A stretch of 64,000 nucleotides of DNA. Origin: Octopus vulgaris (Eukaryota). Shown piece by piece: positions 14,299 to 25,888 of this stretch (position 1 is its first letter; each line of letters begins with the position of its first letter). Under the pieces are notes generated by a model. The model saw nothing but the letters and a program-made list of their open reading frames with translations. It was not told the DNA's origin and searched no databases. Where the stretch lies: positions 120,342,001 through 120,406,000 of the forward strand of contig OX597814.1 of assembly GCA_951406725.2 (NCBI GenBank), in the 5' to 3' direction. A program made the translations under genes and the position numbers.

Positions 14299-14411
14299 TA
14301 ATAAAGATTTACACATTTATCTAATATTATATGTGTGGATATATATTTATATATTTCTGTTTTCTGCAGGTAAGACCAGCAAAAAATATGCTCCATCTGC
14401 TGAGAGATAAA

Positions 14412-14564
14412 TATTCTTTTTTACTCTAGGCGCAGGGCCCGAAATTTTTAGATTAGATCAACCCCATTATGCTACTGGTACTTACTTTATCGCCTCCCCG
14501 CCACGAAATGAGGAAAGGCAAAGTCGACCTCGACGGGATTTCAACTCAGAACGAAATACCGCTA
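14412..14564 (-). mobile_element. SINE family B-related, degraded
   Basis: ctggtacttactttatcg...aaaggcaaagtcgacctcgacgggatttcaactcagaac matches the family B central domain. Confidence 0.7.
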
Positions 14565-14827
14565 TTATATATATTGATCGAAGTTCAGTAACGTATATCC
14601 ATTATGGCCGATCTTACCAACTGGTTTGGCACTACAAGTTAAACAGGATGTTAGGAAACAGCGCACTTCAGACTAAGAAGAAAAATTGACATATTCTCTC
14701 TATTTTTGAGGTGAAAAGACAGATCTGGTTTGTTGTTGCTGTAAAATATTGACCACAAGTCGAAGTGAATAACGTCTAAGTTTAGATTTATGCTCCCTGC
14801 AAACATAGAGCCTGTACAACAGATATC

Positions 14828-15134
14828 TGTCTTCTACTATAGCCTCGGACCGACCAAAGCCTTGTGACTAAATTTGGTAGACGCAAACTGAAAGAAATCC
14901 GTTGCGTATATATATATATATATCTGTGTCATTCTGTGTATGTTTATCCCTCCTTTGCCATCGCTTGACAGCCGATGGTGGTGTGCTTTTGTTACCGAAA
15001 TTTAGCGGTTCGGCAAAACAGAACGATAGAGTAAGTACTAGGCTTACAAATAAGAAGTGCTTGGGTCGATTTGGTCGACCAAAGGTGGTGCTCCAGAATG
15101 GCCGCAGTGAAATGATAGAAACGAGTAAAAGAAT
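14828..15134 (+). mobile_element. SINE family A, 5'-truncated
   Basis: tgtcttctactatagcctcggaccgaccaaagccttgtga...ggtgctccagaatggccgcagt...gtaaaagaat. Confidence 0.85.
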
Positions 15135-15214
15135 ACATATATGTACGTAACATATAGTATAATTATAAACAGGGCAAATGTTACCCATTTGTCCACAGAC
15201 TGAAAAAACTATGA

Positions 15215-15257
15215 ACCTTAATCGATTTTCGAATCGTGTGGTGTTCTCATCAGAGGT
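15215..15257 (-). ncRNA. Minimal type I hammerhead ribozyme with intact catalytic core
   Basis: Minus strand reads ACCT-CTGATGA-GAA(caccacacga)TTC-GAAA-ATCGAT-TA-AGGT. Stem I is ACCT/AGGT, stem II GAA/TTC, stem III is palindromic, and the cleavage triplet is UUA. Confidence 0.8.
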
Positions 15258-15498
15258 GTTCACATCATTCTGACAGTATCCAGAAAAAAACTGTTTATAT
15301 ACTGTACAAATGCAACAGTTACTCTATGAAGGAGTCCCTAATTTGCATACCAAATGAGCTTAACTCTCTATAAATAACAGCGACCTTCATCGGGGATCTT
15401 ATTTCACTCAGTATCAAGGTATGATATAATAAGTATGTAACATATAGTATAATTGTAAACTTTAGCAATTTCTGTACAGACCGAAAAAATGATGGACA

Positions 15499-15531
15499 AA
15501 CCTAATCGATTTTAGAACCTTGTTGGGTTCT

Positions 15532-15536
<5 letters not shown>
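15499..15536 (-). ncRNA. Second hammerhead copy of the tandem, truncated and mutated
   Basis: Minus strand reads TGATGA-GAACC(caacaa)GGTTC-TAAA-ATCGAT-TA-GGTT. Stem II is 5 bp and the stem III palindrome is the same as in the first copy. It carries G12U and has lost C3 and the 5' arm of stem I at the (TA)n junction. Confidence 0.65.
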
Positions 15537-15578
<42 letters not shown>

Positions 15579-15762
15579 CGTGTGTGTGTGTGTGTACAAT
15601 TTAAAAATAGGATAAATCTTTATAAGAATTTATCAAGAAGTTAGCGTGTAAAAACCTCATCAGAGAAAAAAGAAACATCAATTTTTCTCTTAAATACATT
15701 TATTTATATTATATAGAGGACAATACTATACATGAATGCCAAACGCTAGGATATATAAACAT

Positions 15763-18290
15763 GCCCCCAGGACGATGCTCATTTACTCGAAGCGATAAGA
15801 TTCGTTTCAGCTTCTCATGACTGTTTGATATTAGGAGACTTTAACGCCCCCACGATCGATTGGCCCGTATCAATTTGTACATCATCTTCCCGGTTCGGCC
15901 AGGCCCTTCTTGACGTGGCTGAAGATTGTTTTCTATCGCAACATGTCGAATATCCGACACGTTTCTGTCTGGGCAGCAGACATCTATGCTGGATCTGGTA
16001 TTCTCCCGCTATCCAAGATCAGTGTCAGACGTATCTCTGTGCGCCCCTCTTGCCAAGAGTGATTATGCGGTCCTGAAGTTCGTCATGCACACCACATTTT
16101 CTACGCCCACGACTACTTCGCTGCCACGTAGAGTCTTCTCTTCAATTAATTTTGAAATTCTAACCGAGGCTTCCGCGCTTCTGGACTGGCGATCCCTGAT
16201 GACGTTGTCCTCAGTTGACGAACTATGATCGTCCCTCAAAGCATATGTAATCTGGTTGACTGACCAAGCAGTTCCCGTTGGGCTTCCCAAGAAGAAGAAA
16301 CACAAGCCTTTGGTGACAAAGAAGGTTAAACGAGAACTTCGACTCAGAGATATTGCTTGGGCTGAATTAAAAACTCTGGATTCGGCTGCAGCTTTTGAGG
16401 TGTACAAAACTCAACGAGACCGAGCCGTGAAAATTGAAAAGGTATAATGCTTCAGATATGAATACAGAATCGCGGCAAACGCCAGTAGCAATCCAAAAAC
16501 CTTCTTTGCCCATGTCCAACGGAATTCCCGCTGGAACAACCAAATTTCAACGTTGGTAGACTCAACAGGTGTATCGATTGAGGACCCTTATCAACAGAGT
16601 CAATTATTTGCCGATGCTTTTTCAACTATTTTCAAACAAGATGATGGTCGTGAACCCCCTCCATTTGATAGATCGGTACCTCCAATGCTTCGATTGGTCA
16701 TCACGCGGGACGAAGTCGAACGCGTTATTCAAGGCTTCGATGTCAACAAGGGTCACGGCCCTGACTGCATACACCCACGGGTTATCAAAGCGTTGGCTAC
16801 GGTCATCTGCGAGCCCTTAACACGTCTATTCAATATGTCATTGGCGACGGGTGTTATACCTGCGGACTGGAGAACAGCGATAATCAGCCCAATTTTCAAG
16901 AAAGGGAGCCGCGAAGACCCGCTTAACAACCGACCGGTTTCCCTTACATCAATAATCAGCAAGATGTTCGAAACCATCCTTAAGAAAAGCATGATGCTCC
17001 GCCTCCAAAACACAGCCTCTATCTCTGATTCCCAACACGGCTTCGTGCCGAAGAGATCATGCTTGACCAACTTACTGGTAATGGAAGAATTGGTGATGCG
17101 CATCCTCGATGATAGTGATGCTGTTGACATCGTTTTATTGGACTTTGCCAAAGCTTTTGACTCGATAAACCACCACCTATTACTTGTCAAGCTTCAAGCA
17201 TATAGTTTCCATCCGGATATTGTACGATGGGTTGGTGCCTTCCTCTCAGATCGCTCCTTCCAAGTTCAAGTTAATGATTCGCGGTCCGACGTCTCCAGTG
17301 CGAGCAGTGACGTGCCTCAAGGTTAAGTGCTTGGGCCCTTATTTTTCTTAGTCTTCATAAATGACTTGCCCGACGACCTCACGCAACACACCCTTCTATT
17401 TGCCGACGATGTCAAACTGGTCGCTCCTCGCGATGATATAGAGGATCTTCGTCGATGCCTCCACCAAATTTGGAGATGGTCTAACGAATGGGACCTGTGT
17501 CTGAACGTGTCAAAGTGCTGTCATCTGCCTGTTGGCTCTCGTCCTGCATTTCAACTTGATTTCGAGCCGGGTCGTCTGCTGCTGGATAGGACCGATCAGG
17601 TAAAGAACCTGGGTATCTTGGTGGATTCCTCCTTTTCGCCTTCGGCCTAGTGCGTCCATGCTGCCAACAAAGCACGCGGAGTTCTGTTCTTGATTCGACG
17701 GTCATTCGGAATGCTCACAGCAGCCATATTCCTACCGCTCTATGTCACGCTGGTGAGACCCATATTGGAGTACGGGATTCAAGCCTCTTCTCCTTATCTC
17801 CTCAAAGACATACATCATCTCAAAAGAGTCCAGAAGCTGGTTACCCGCATGGTTCTTGGTCTCAAGAATTTGTCTTATGAAGAAAGGCTGAAGACGCTCG
17901 ACCTTTATTCTCTAGAAAAACGACGACGCCGTGGTGATCTCATTCTTGCTCACAACGTCATAAGCGGAAAGTGTAACCTCTCGAAGGAGCTGTTCTTCAC
18001 TCCTGCTCCAGAGCGTCGGCTGCGGGGTCATTCCGAAAAGCTCTATCTGCGACGATTTCATCTCAATCGAAGGAGAGGGGCTTTCTCCCTCAGGGTTGCG
18101 GATCCGTGGAATAAGCTGCCGGACGAGATGGTGAAGATGCCGACGACCGCTCGGTTCAAAGTCTCCCTTGATCACAAGTGGCCTGAACTCTTTGCATGAA
18201 CACCACCCTGTACATAACTCCATGTCCCCCTACATGGCCTTGCTTTTTTGCTTTTTGAGCCAAAAAATTAACTAACTAACTAACTAACTA
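15763..18290 (+). mobile_element. 5'-truncated CR1-clade LINE; ORF2 pseudogene (partial APE, RT, C-terminal domain) with (TAAC)n tail
   Basis: APE motifs ILGDFNAPTIDW, QHVEYPTR, LDLVF and SDY. RT motifs GPDCIHPRV, PADWRTA.ISPIFKKG, RPVSLTS, QHGFVPKRSCLTNL, LDFAKAFDS, VPQG*VLGP..F..FINDL and LFADDVKL. C-terminal LVRPILEY, YEERL..LDLYSLEKRRRRGDLI, RGHSEKL and WNKLP. Stops end at 16228, 16447, 17326 and 17650, with a frameshift near 15970. The ORF ends at 18199 and the tail is taactaactaac. Confidence 0.95.
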
Positions 18291-18465
18291 TATGTACATA
18301 TATTATACATACATACACATATATATTTTCCACCGTGTGTATATATATATACGTATATATATAGATAGATATAACTAACTAACTATATGTACATATATTA
18401 TACATACATACACATATATATTTTCCACCGTATGTATATATATATACGTATATATATAGATAGAT
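18277..18465 (+). repeat. Tandem duplication (95-bp period) of the LINE tail plus 3' flank
   Basis: taactaactaactatatgtacatatattatacatacatacacatatatattttccaccgt...gatagat is present twice (18277 and 18372). Confidence 0.9.
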
Positions 18466-18506
18466 TCATACACATATTTACACACACACATATATATATA
18501 TATATG

Positions 18507-18552
<46 letters not shown>

Positions 18553-18631
18553 CATATATATACATATATATTTCTTTTCCTCCGCATATATGTACATATT
18601 TTCATATATATATATATATCTTTTGTCTCCT

Positions 18632-18665
18632 GTTCTGAAGAAGAGCTTTGCTCGAAACGTAAAAC
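18632..18665 (+). ncRNA. Minimal hammerhead motif in a diverged copy of the 36872/62504 PLE-terminus family
   Basis: GTT-CTGAAGA-A-GAGC(ttt)GCTC-GAAA-CG-TA-AAAC. The core is intact but stem I is weakened. The downstream cctcctttctttccttcctt matches the family. Confidence 0.7.
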
Positions 18666-18881
18666 CTCCTTTCTTTCCTTCCTTGAGTGTCTGCTAATAA
18701 TGTACATGTACCGAGTCATCACGTTGTTGTTTTTTGTTGGCTATGTTCTTCGTTTTTTATTTACTCTCTCTCTCTCTCTATCAATATACATATTTACACA
18801 CACACACGCACACATATGTATATACATGTGTGTGTGTTTGTCGGGAAGCATGAGTGTGTGTATATGCGTCACACGTATGTC

Positions 18882-18933
<52 letters not shown>

Positions 18934-19849
18934 TGCATGTTTGGTACGCATATATATGTATGCTTGTTAATATTATAAATATCGTTTACTTGATGTACTC
19001 AGTTTTTTTCTCTTTCAGCTCAATGTTTTTTTTAGTGCCATTTGCTAAGACAACCACCATAATTTTACACATATAGTTTCATAGACACATACACACATTA
19101 TTGTATCAGCGTATCAATGTCTTTCTCTTCTGTGTACCTATTTATCTATCAATTTCTTTTTCCAAACTCATACATGTACGTGTATGCTGGTATTCTCTTA
19201 CATGCAAACACATATACATACATATATATGTGCACGAGTATATTCATATAAACGTGTGTTTGTGTATGCAAACGCATATACATGTGTGTGTGGTTTGCCT
19301 GTTCTTACGTATGTAAGTCAGCTTATAGATCAAACTATACTTGAAAAGTACCCCACTTTTATATCACAAGTGCAGTCGCTGTATGATCCTTTAATGTTAC
19401 AATGGATCATAATGAATTAATTTCCTTTGACAGATGATTTTAGTGAAGCTGACCATGAATCCAGTGTATAGTGAATGATCTCCCTATAACTATAAAACTT
19501 TGCATGCACAGTGAAATATCAATCAATCAACAGCCGGACGTTTCATTATAGAACACTCTTAATTGATTGGCAGTGTCGGTAGAGCATCCAATAAAACATT
19601 TTGTGGCATGTATTTATGACTCTGCATGTGATTGGTTCACATCATGCTATTATCAATGCTGCCTTTCGTTATTCTTATATCTATTGCAAACATACTTTTT
19701 CAGGGTAAAGATTGATGTAATTGAAGCTAACCTCTAATACATATCTGTCTTTTTGCGTAATTAAGAATAATTAGTAACTGTTCTCCGTTCGATTAGCATC
19801 ATTACAATGTTTTCAACTTCTATTCACCAATAAATTTTTTGCTTTTGTT

Positions 19850-20030
19850 GTGTCAGTGGTTTAGCACTTGCTCAGCATGACCAATCAGGTATTTGAACCA
19901 AAACATTCCCTACTCTTTCCCTATATAGGTCGAAATTATCTTCTGTGTCCTTTTCTTATTTCAGATGGCAGGTTGTGATTTGAGAGATATTAAACTGTTA
20001 CTTCTAGCATTTCCAGAGACCATAAACAGG
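19850..20030 (+). repeat. Old degraded interspersed repeat (possible SINE); related segments at about 34610-34780 (+) and 63805-63990 (-)
   Basis: gatttgagagatattaaactgttacttctagca resembles the reverse complement of 63820-63855 (tttagggtgatttggctgctatttctacca). Similarity is weak. Confidence 0.3.
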
Positions 20031-20682
20031 CATGTGTTTTTTGCCTGACAATTAGATAATTCTATAATAATGTAAATTTTGTAGACGTAGTTTTTGTGCC
20101 GTGTGATAATAAACCAAATTTCTTGCATGTGCCAGTTACCAGACTGTAAGATTACAAAATATCAAAGGAAAAAAACAACCAAACTAAATATCGTTACTAA
20201 ATATGTACTAGGTACTAATCATTCAATATGTTAATGAATTGACAAAGATAGGAATAGCAATATTGCCAAGTATGAATTATTTAATTGAGGTTCAATAGAA
20301 ATGACTATTCAGGTTTGAATTGAAACACAAATTTACTCATTAATACTGTATGTGAAGCAATTGAATATGGCAATATATTATGGATCAAAGAATTATTATA
20401 TCCGAAATATTCAATGATCGGATATAACTTGTTTACATATGAAAGCTTATTTAGTGAATATAATCATGTAACTATGCTGTATATACATATTTACCTATTC
20501 AGAATAAACATCCAACGGTGTGTAGCAGAGAAAGCATTTCAACACATTAATCCTCATAGTCGTTATACCATTTGAGAATAAGTTGTTAAATCCTCTGTAA
20601 ATCTAATTAATGAAGAGTTAAATATAATAACAATAAGCATTTAAGCATTATTTAGGAAAACAAATTTGTAATGTTGTATAGG

Positions 20683-20686
<4 letters not shown>

Positions 20687-20766
<80 letters not shown>

Positions 20767-20767
20767 C

Positions 20768-20805
<38 letters not shown>

Positions 20806-20833
20806 GCACACATACACACACACACACACACAG

Positions 20834-20888
<55 letters not shown>
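20687..20888. repeat. ~200-bp palindrome made of microsatellites: (TA)n(TG)n-core-(TA)n-core'-(CA)n(TA)n
   Basis: The non-periodic block gtatgtgtgcatatgta is mirrored exactly as tacatatgcacacatac around a central (TA)n. Confidence 0.85.
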
Positions 20889-20891
<3 letters not shown>

Positions 20892-20939
20892 CTCTAATAG
20901 AAATAGAGCCTCCTCTAATATGTGACACTTGGTGAAGAA

Positions 20940-21065
20940 TATATATATAAAATGCAAAATGGGACAAGAACGCAAAACATCCGGACAGCTAGGTGATACA
21001 AAAAGGGACAACAAAACATCCAGATAGACGATACAAAAACAAGAAGGACGGGTAATTCGAAGCTA
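20940..21065. repeat. Interspersed repeat fragment, same family as 58477-58855
   Basis: caaaatgggacaagaa.gcaaaacatc.ggacagctaggtgata.aaaaagggacaacaaaacatccagatagacgatacaaa is near-identical at both loci. Confidence 0.85.
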
Positions 21066-21129
21066 GCAGCGTACGTGCATTTTGTTCTCTTATATGTAAG
21101 CACACATTTTATTATATACATATGTGTGC

Positions 21130-21199
<70 letters not shown>

Positions 21200-22442
21200 C
21201 AGCCAGTAAAGCATAAAACTAATAAAGCTGTTGATGACTTACAAATGTGATTTATAATGTTGGAACATCAGAAAATGAATGAACACATCAATATGACACT
21301 TTAAATTAAGATTTTAGTGTCGCATGCGATGTTAGTTATTTTACAGGTTTTATTTAAATGAAAGTCATTCAATCTCAAAAATTGCTTATTTCTGGAATAA
21401 ATTTGTTTGAATTGTATATTATGAGCTATAAATAATAATAATAATATATAATAACATCCGTCAATCTCTCTTCTCCCACTCGTACACAAGCAGCCAGAGG
21501 CACACACACACACAGAGACACGTATACGTTTGTCTGCGTTTGCATCACGTATACACGTGTGTGTATCTGTGTGCGTGAGTGTGCCTCTGTGTGTGTGTGT
21601 GTGTGTGTGGTGTCAGTGATTAGGCATAATAGGGTTAACATACTTTGCAAGCAAAATCGGTTCAGTGAATATAACTTAGAATTTATTACTTACTCAAATA
21701 TTCTGAAATGTTTAAATGAGAGAATTATGCATATTGCCTTTAAATGCAGCTTTCTTAGTGAGCCGTTCTCTGCACATTTTGCTTTGTGAGACAATAAACA
21801 TTTAGAACATAAGAAGGATACATTATCAGCATTCTCATTAACAGCTTGAGTAAAATTCATTTTGCATTTTCTATTCTACAAATCTAATTCTAAACTTTTA
21901 AATGTTTCTTCGTTTGTTCAGTCTACTGTATAACTTTAATATTTCTGTTTGATGTATAAATTACGGCATTTGCCCTTCACTGCAATAAATCATCATATTT
22001 ATCAAGAGAATACAATTGACAGTCAATGTTCATTGTCATGTGATAACCTAAGTAATTGCGAACGATAGAGAGAGATGAGGCACACGGTTTTGATACACTA
22101 ATAGTATCATAGCTGTTAAAAGGAAATAACCGCACAGTTCGGCAAAATAAGGATACGCACATGTAGACACACATGTATGTTTGTGTTTGTGCGTGTGTGT
22201 GTGTATGTGTGTGCGTATGTGTGTGTGTATTTCTGTGTGTGTCTTGTGTGTGTGTCTGTATAAGTATATGCTTTATACGAACACCCACACATATATATAT
22301 ATGATGTTGCGTGCATATGTTGTGTATCATAACATATGCGTTCTTGGTAGAGTTTCTGTTGTTTGTTATGACAAATAGAACTTTAACCCTGCATAATTTT
22401 TCACCGAATCTTTGTTCTCTCTCCTCCTCTCTCCACCCACAC

Positions 22443-22446
<4 letters not shown>

Positions 22447-22475
<29 letters not shown>

Positions 22476-22532
22476 TGTATGTATGTATGTATGTATGTAT
22501 GTATGTATGTATGTATGCATGTATGTATGTAT
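22447..22532. repeat. (TATG)n microsatellite
   Basis: Direct read. Confidence 0.95.
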
Positions 22533-22737
22533 GCATTAATATATGTTTTATGTTGAATTATATACCTTTACTATTCGTGTAATTCGTAAACAATTTTCCA
22601 TCAAAATTCAAAAATACTTGGTGGTATATATTACCATTTTTCTTAAAATATCTTCCAGTTGTAAACGGAATGAGTTTAAATTTAGAAATTTCGTAGTTTG
22701 TACTGCTATTATACTGTATAAGCTGTATTGAGACCTA

Positions 22738-22789
<52 letters not shown>

Positions 22790-23018
22790 TATTTATATAC
22801 ATATATATATACATATATATATGTGTGTGTGTGTGTGTGTATAGAGTTGATATATACATAAAAACAAAAGAGGGAGGCAGGTGTATAAACAATAAGCAGG
22901 TGTATTAATTTGATGTTTGGGAAAGTACTTAGCGTTTCGTGCTAACAGCAGAAAGGAATGCGAGGAAATAAACAGAGAGAGGATAACAAAAAACATTTGG
23001 AGTTAGCGGTCAACCATG

Positions 23019-23062
<44 letters not shown>

Positions 23063-23741
23063 TTGGAGAGAGAAAGAATGAGTGAGGGAGAAAGAGAGAG
23101 GAAGGGAGAAAGCTAAAGAGAAAGAAGGAGAGAAGCGAGGGACCAATTGTGCGGATAGACAAGTTACATATAAAAGATTTACCCTCATATTTGCGCACCT
23201 GGGTTTCTCGTCTAGCCTCTCTATACTCCGCAGAATTGGTCCTTCGTAAAAACATAGGTTTCTACTTTCGAAACGTTTGAGTGCAACTGAAGTACCAATG
23301 TCTCTTGATCTCATTTGTTGACTATACATATATATATATATGTTATACATACACGCACACATATGTATGTGCGAGTGCGCGTATGTGTAAGAGAAAGCCA
23401 TAAATGACAAATATTACATATTTTCTTTTTTTGTGCGTTTTTTTATACTTAAAACTGTTTCTAATATGCAATACACGTGTGTTCATGGTTCTGTTTACGG
23501 ATTGTTACTCACTCTGTGAAAATGATCGGTGTAATCGACTGGTGATGGACTTAAACTTCGTTTCGCATTTTGTCTTGGGGCCATACCAATCTGAAAACAT
23601 TTTTTTTAGTCCGATGTATTTGTATTAACACAGGCATTAAGAAGTATTTTGCCTGGATTGATAATTCCTCTATTGCTAACTCTTTATATGTATACATATA
23701 CATACATACATAAATACATAATATTTCTCTCTCTCTCTCTA

Positions 23742-23797
<56 letters not shown>

Positions 23798-23811
23798 CAT
23801 ATATATACATA

Positions 23812-23972
23812 TTAGAGGGAAACCACTGTGTGGACACTCTTATGCTAGAAATAGATCCACTATGGTCTTAGAACTAGGAAATATTCTCAAGAAAAAATTT
23901 AATTTTTCTTGAGAACATTTCTTAGTGGTAAGACCATAGCATTAGGGTGTCTACATAGTGGTTTCACTCTAA
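23812..23972. repeat. 161-bp fold-back (MITE-like hairpin)
   Basis: Arms are ttagagggaaaaccactgtgtggacac...tatggtctta.aactaggaaatattctcaagaaaaa and tttttcttgagaacatttcttagt.gtaagaccata...gtgtctacatagtggtttcactctaa, with a loop near 23897-23901. Confidence 0.85.
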
Positions 23973-24350
23973 TCTTTATATATAAAAGTCAGGTTGTGTG
24001 CTGTCTGTCTCCTACAATTTAGATTCCTAACTACTCCCACATTTTGCGGTGCAGTTTAACCAAAATCGGGTATCTTATAGTCGTGATTCATATCGAGCCC
24101 TTCTGGGTATTAGCGCGCGTCTATGATGAGTGTACGATTTTAAAAATAATTTACCATCAAGTTTTCCCATTTTTAATGCATTTTTTGCATCTCTAAAAAT
24201 TTATTATTAAATCTCAGAACGTAAAAAGCTACAGTAACACCTCCCTTTGTGGTTAGCCATATTAAGATGGTTATTATACTTTACATCTCTAAAAATGCTT
24301 ATATAGTTATTTCCCTTACAAACCCGAGCAACGCCGGGCGATACTGCTAG
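23973..24350 (+). mobile_element. Non-autonomous Helitron-like element
   Basis: A|TC 5' end and 3' hairpin cccgagcaacgccggg followed by cgatactgCTAG|T, with no TSD. The 3' ~65 bp are shared with the 31961 and 46991 copies. Confidence 0.8.
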
Positions 24351-25058
24351 TATGTAAATAATACAATGTTACTGAACTTTCAGTTTTTTTACATGCTAGA
24401 CCACTGGTGTGAAATAGATATTAATTAAATTAGCATCTAATTTCTCACCCTCATTTTAAATTTATATATATATATTTCATATATATACTTTTATGGATAT
24501 GCTCGTGTTACTCTATTGGCATCTCGTTATTCAACATATATCTTTTTTATATAATGAATATACCCAGACAACTAGTTTAATGTCAATACTGTGATGTTTT
24601 GAGACATTTTACTGAAGTATAAAATATCGACACAGCATCTCGACTCTCTTGTGTATAACATTGTCTATTTGGTTATATGTTTTAGGTAATTCAAACGGTT
24701 GTTTTCTTGACAAGCATTATTAGTTTCTCTTAGTGAAAGTACACATATGAAATTCAGATATGTCTATGAATACCTTTTACATATAGACATAAAACAATAA
24801 TTTATATTTTCGTTAAATTGTGCTGATATCAATTATTTTTAAATAGGGATATAGGCCTGAGAGATGACAAAATATGTGATTGGTTTATATCATAACACGT
24901 CTGTTGATATAAAGTCAAAATCTACCACAGGTTAATACGATTTTGATACCGAGGAATCTGGGAATATCTAACATATTAGCGATATACGCCGGAAATAAGA
25001 CTTTTACATCATAAAATCAATAGCGTACATTACATAATGTATTATATTATCTAGTATA

Positions 25059-25270
25059 AGGCGGGAAGCTGGCAGAGTTGTTAGCATGTTGAGTGGTATT
25101 TCGTCCGTCCTTATGTTCTGTGTTCAGTTACTGCCGAGGCTGACTTTACCTGTCATCGTTTCGCCGTCGATGAAATAAGTACCAGTTGACCCCTGGGGTC
25201 GATATAACTGCCTTGCTCCCGTACCAAGATTTCCACGCTATTTTTTTTGTGTGCTTAAAACAGAAAGGAA
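25059..25270 (+). mobile_element. SINE family B, degraded
   Basis: aggcgggaagctggcagagttgttagcatg...gactttacctgtcatcgtttcgccgtcgatgaaataagtaccagttgacccctggggtcgat. Confidence 0.75.
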
Positions 25271-25681
25271 TATATGATACAGTATATTCACAATTGAAAA
25301 ACGTTTGATCATAAACTTCTTCTGGGCGGACTGTCTAATTACGAACAACGACATCAATTTCGTCAGTAATTGTGAGTTGGTGGTTTCTTGTAATTAATGG
25401 TACTTCTCTAAAATTTAGTTATAAAAGAATGATTTCAATGGCGGTTGAAACACCTAGCGAATGAATAATATATAGCAAAGCGTGTTACAACATACACCTG
25501 TATAATGTAGTGTAAGATATGTGTATTATCAAACGGTATTCCCTAAACATTTGTATCTTAAATCACATAAAACTGCCTCTCTCCTCATTCTTCGTCTGTC
25601 TCTGTCTGCCTCTCACTCTCTCTTAATATGCACGTATGACCATGCATCTCGGCATTTGTGTTTGTCTACGCATTTCTATGC

Positions 25682-25738
<57 letters not shown>

Positions 25739-25835
25739 CGTACTTCTATAAATTTATGTATGTAAGTTTATATTTTATGCATACACACATATATATGTAC
25801 GTATATTTTTAAAAATACATATAACTATATATATG

Positions 25836-25888
<53 letters not shown>

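Larger units (their letters stand above)
15143..15540 (-). mobile_element. Tandem ~290-bp repeat with a hammerhead in each unit (retrozyme-like or PLE pLTR dimer)
   Basis: gtaacatatagtataatt recurs with a 290-bp offset (catatagtat at 15151 and 15441). aatcgatttt...gttctcatca recurs at about 15220 and 15504. Confidence 0.65.

Noticed and set aside
16063-18223. Minus-strand and alternative-frame ORFs over the CR1 element
   Set aside because: Shadow frames of the GC-richer LINE ORF2.
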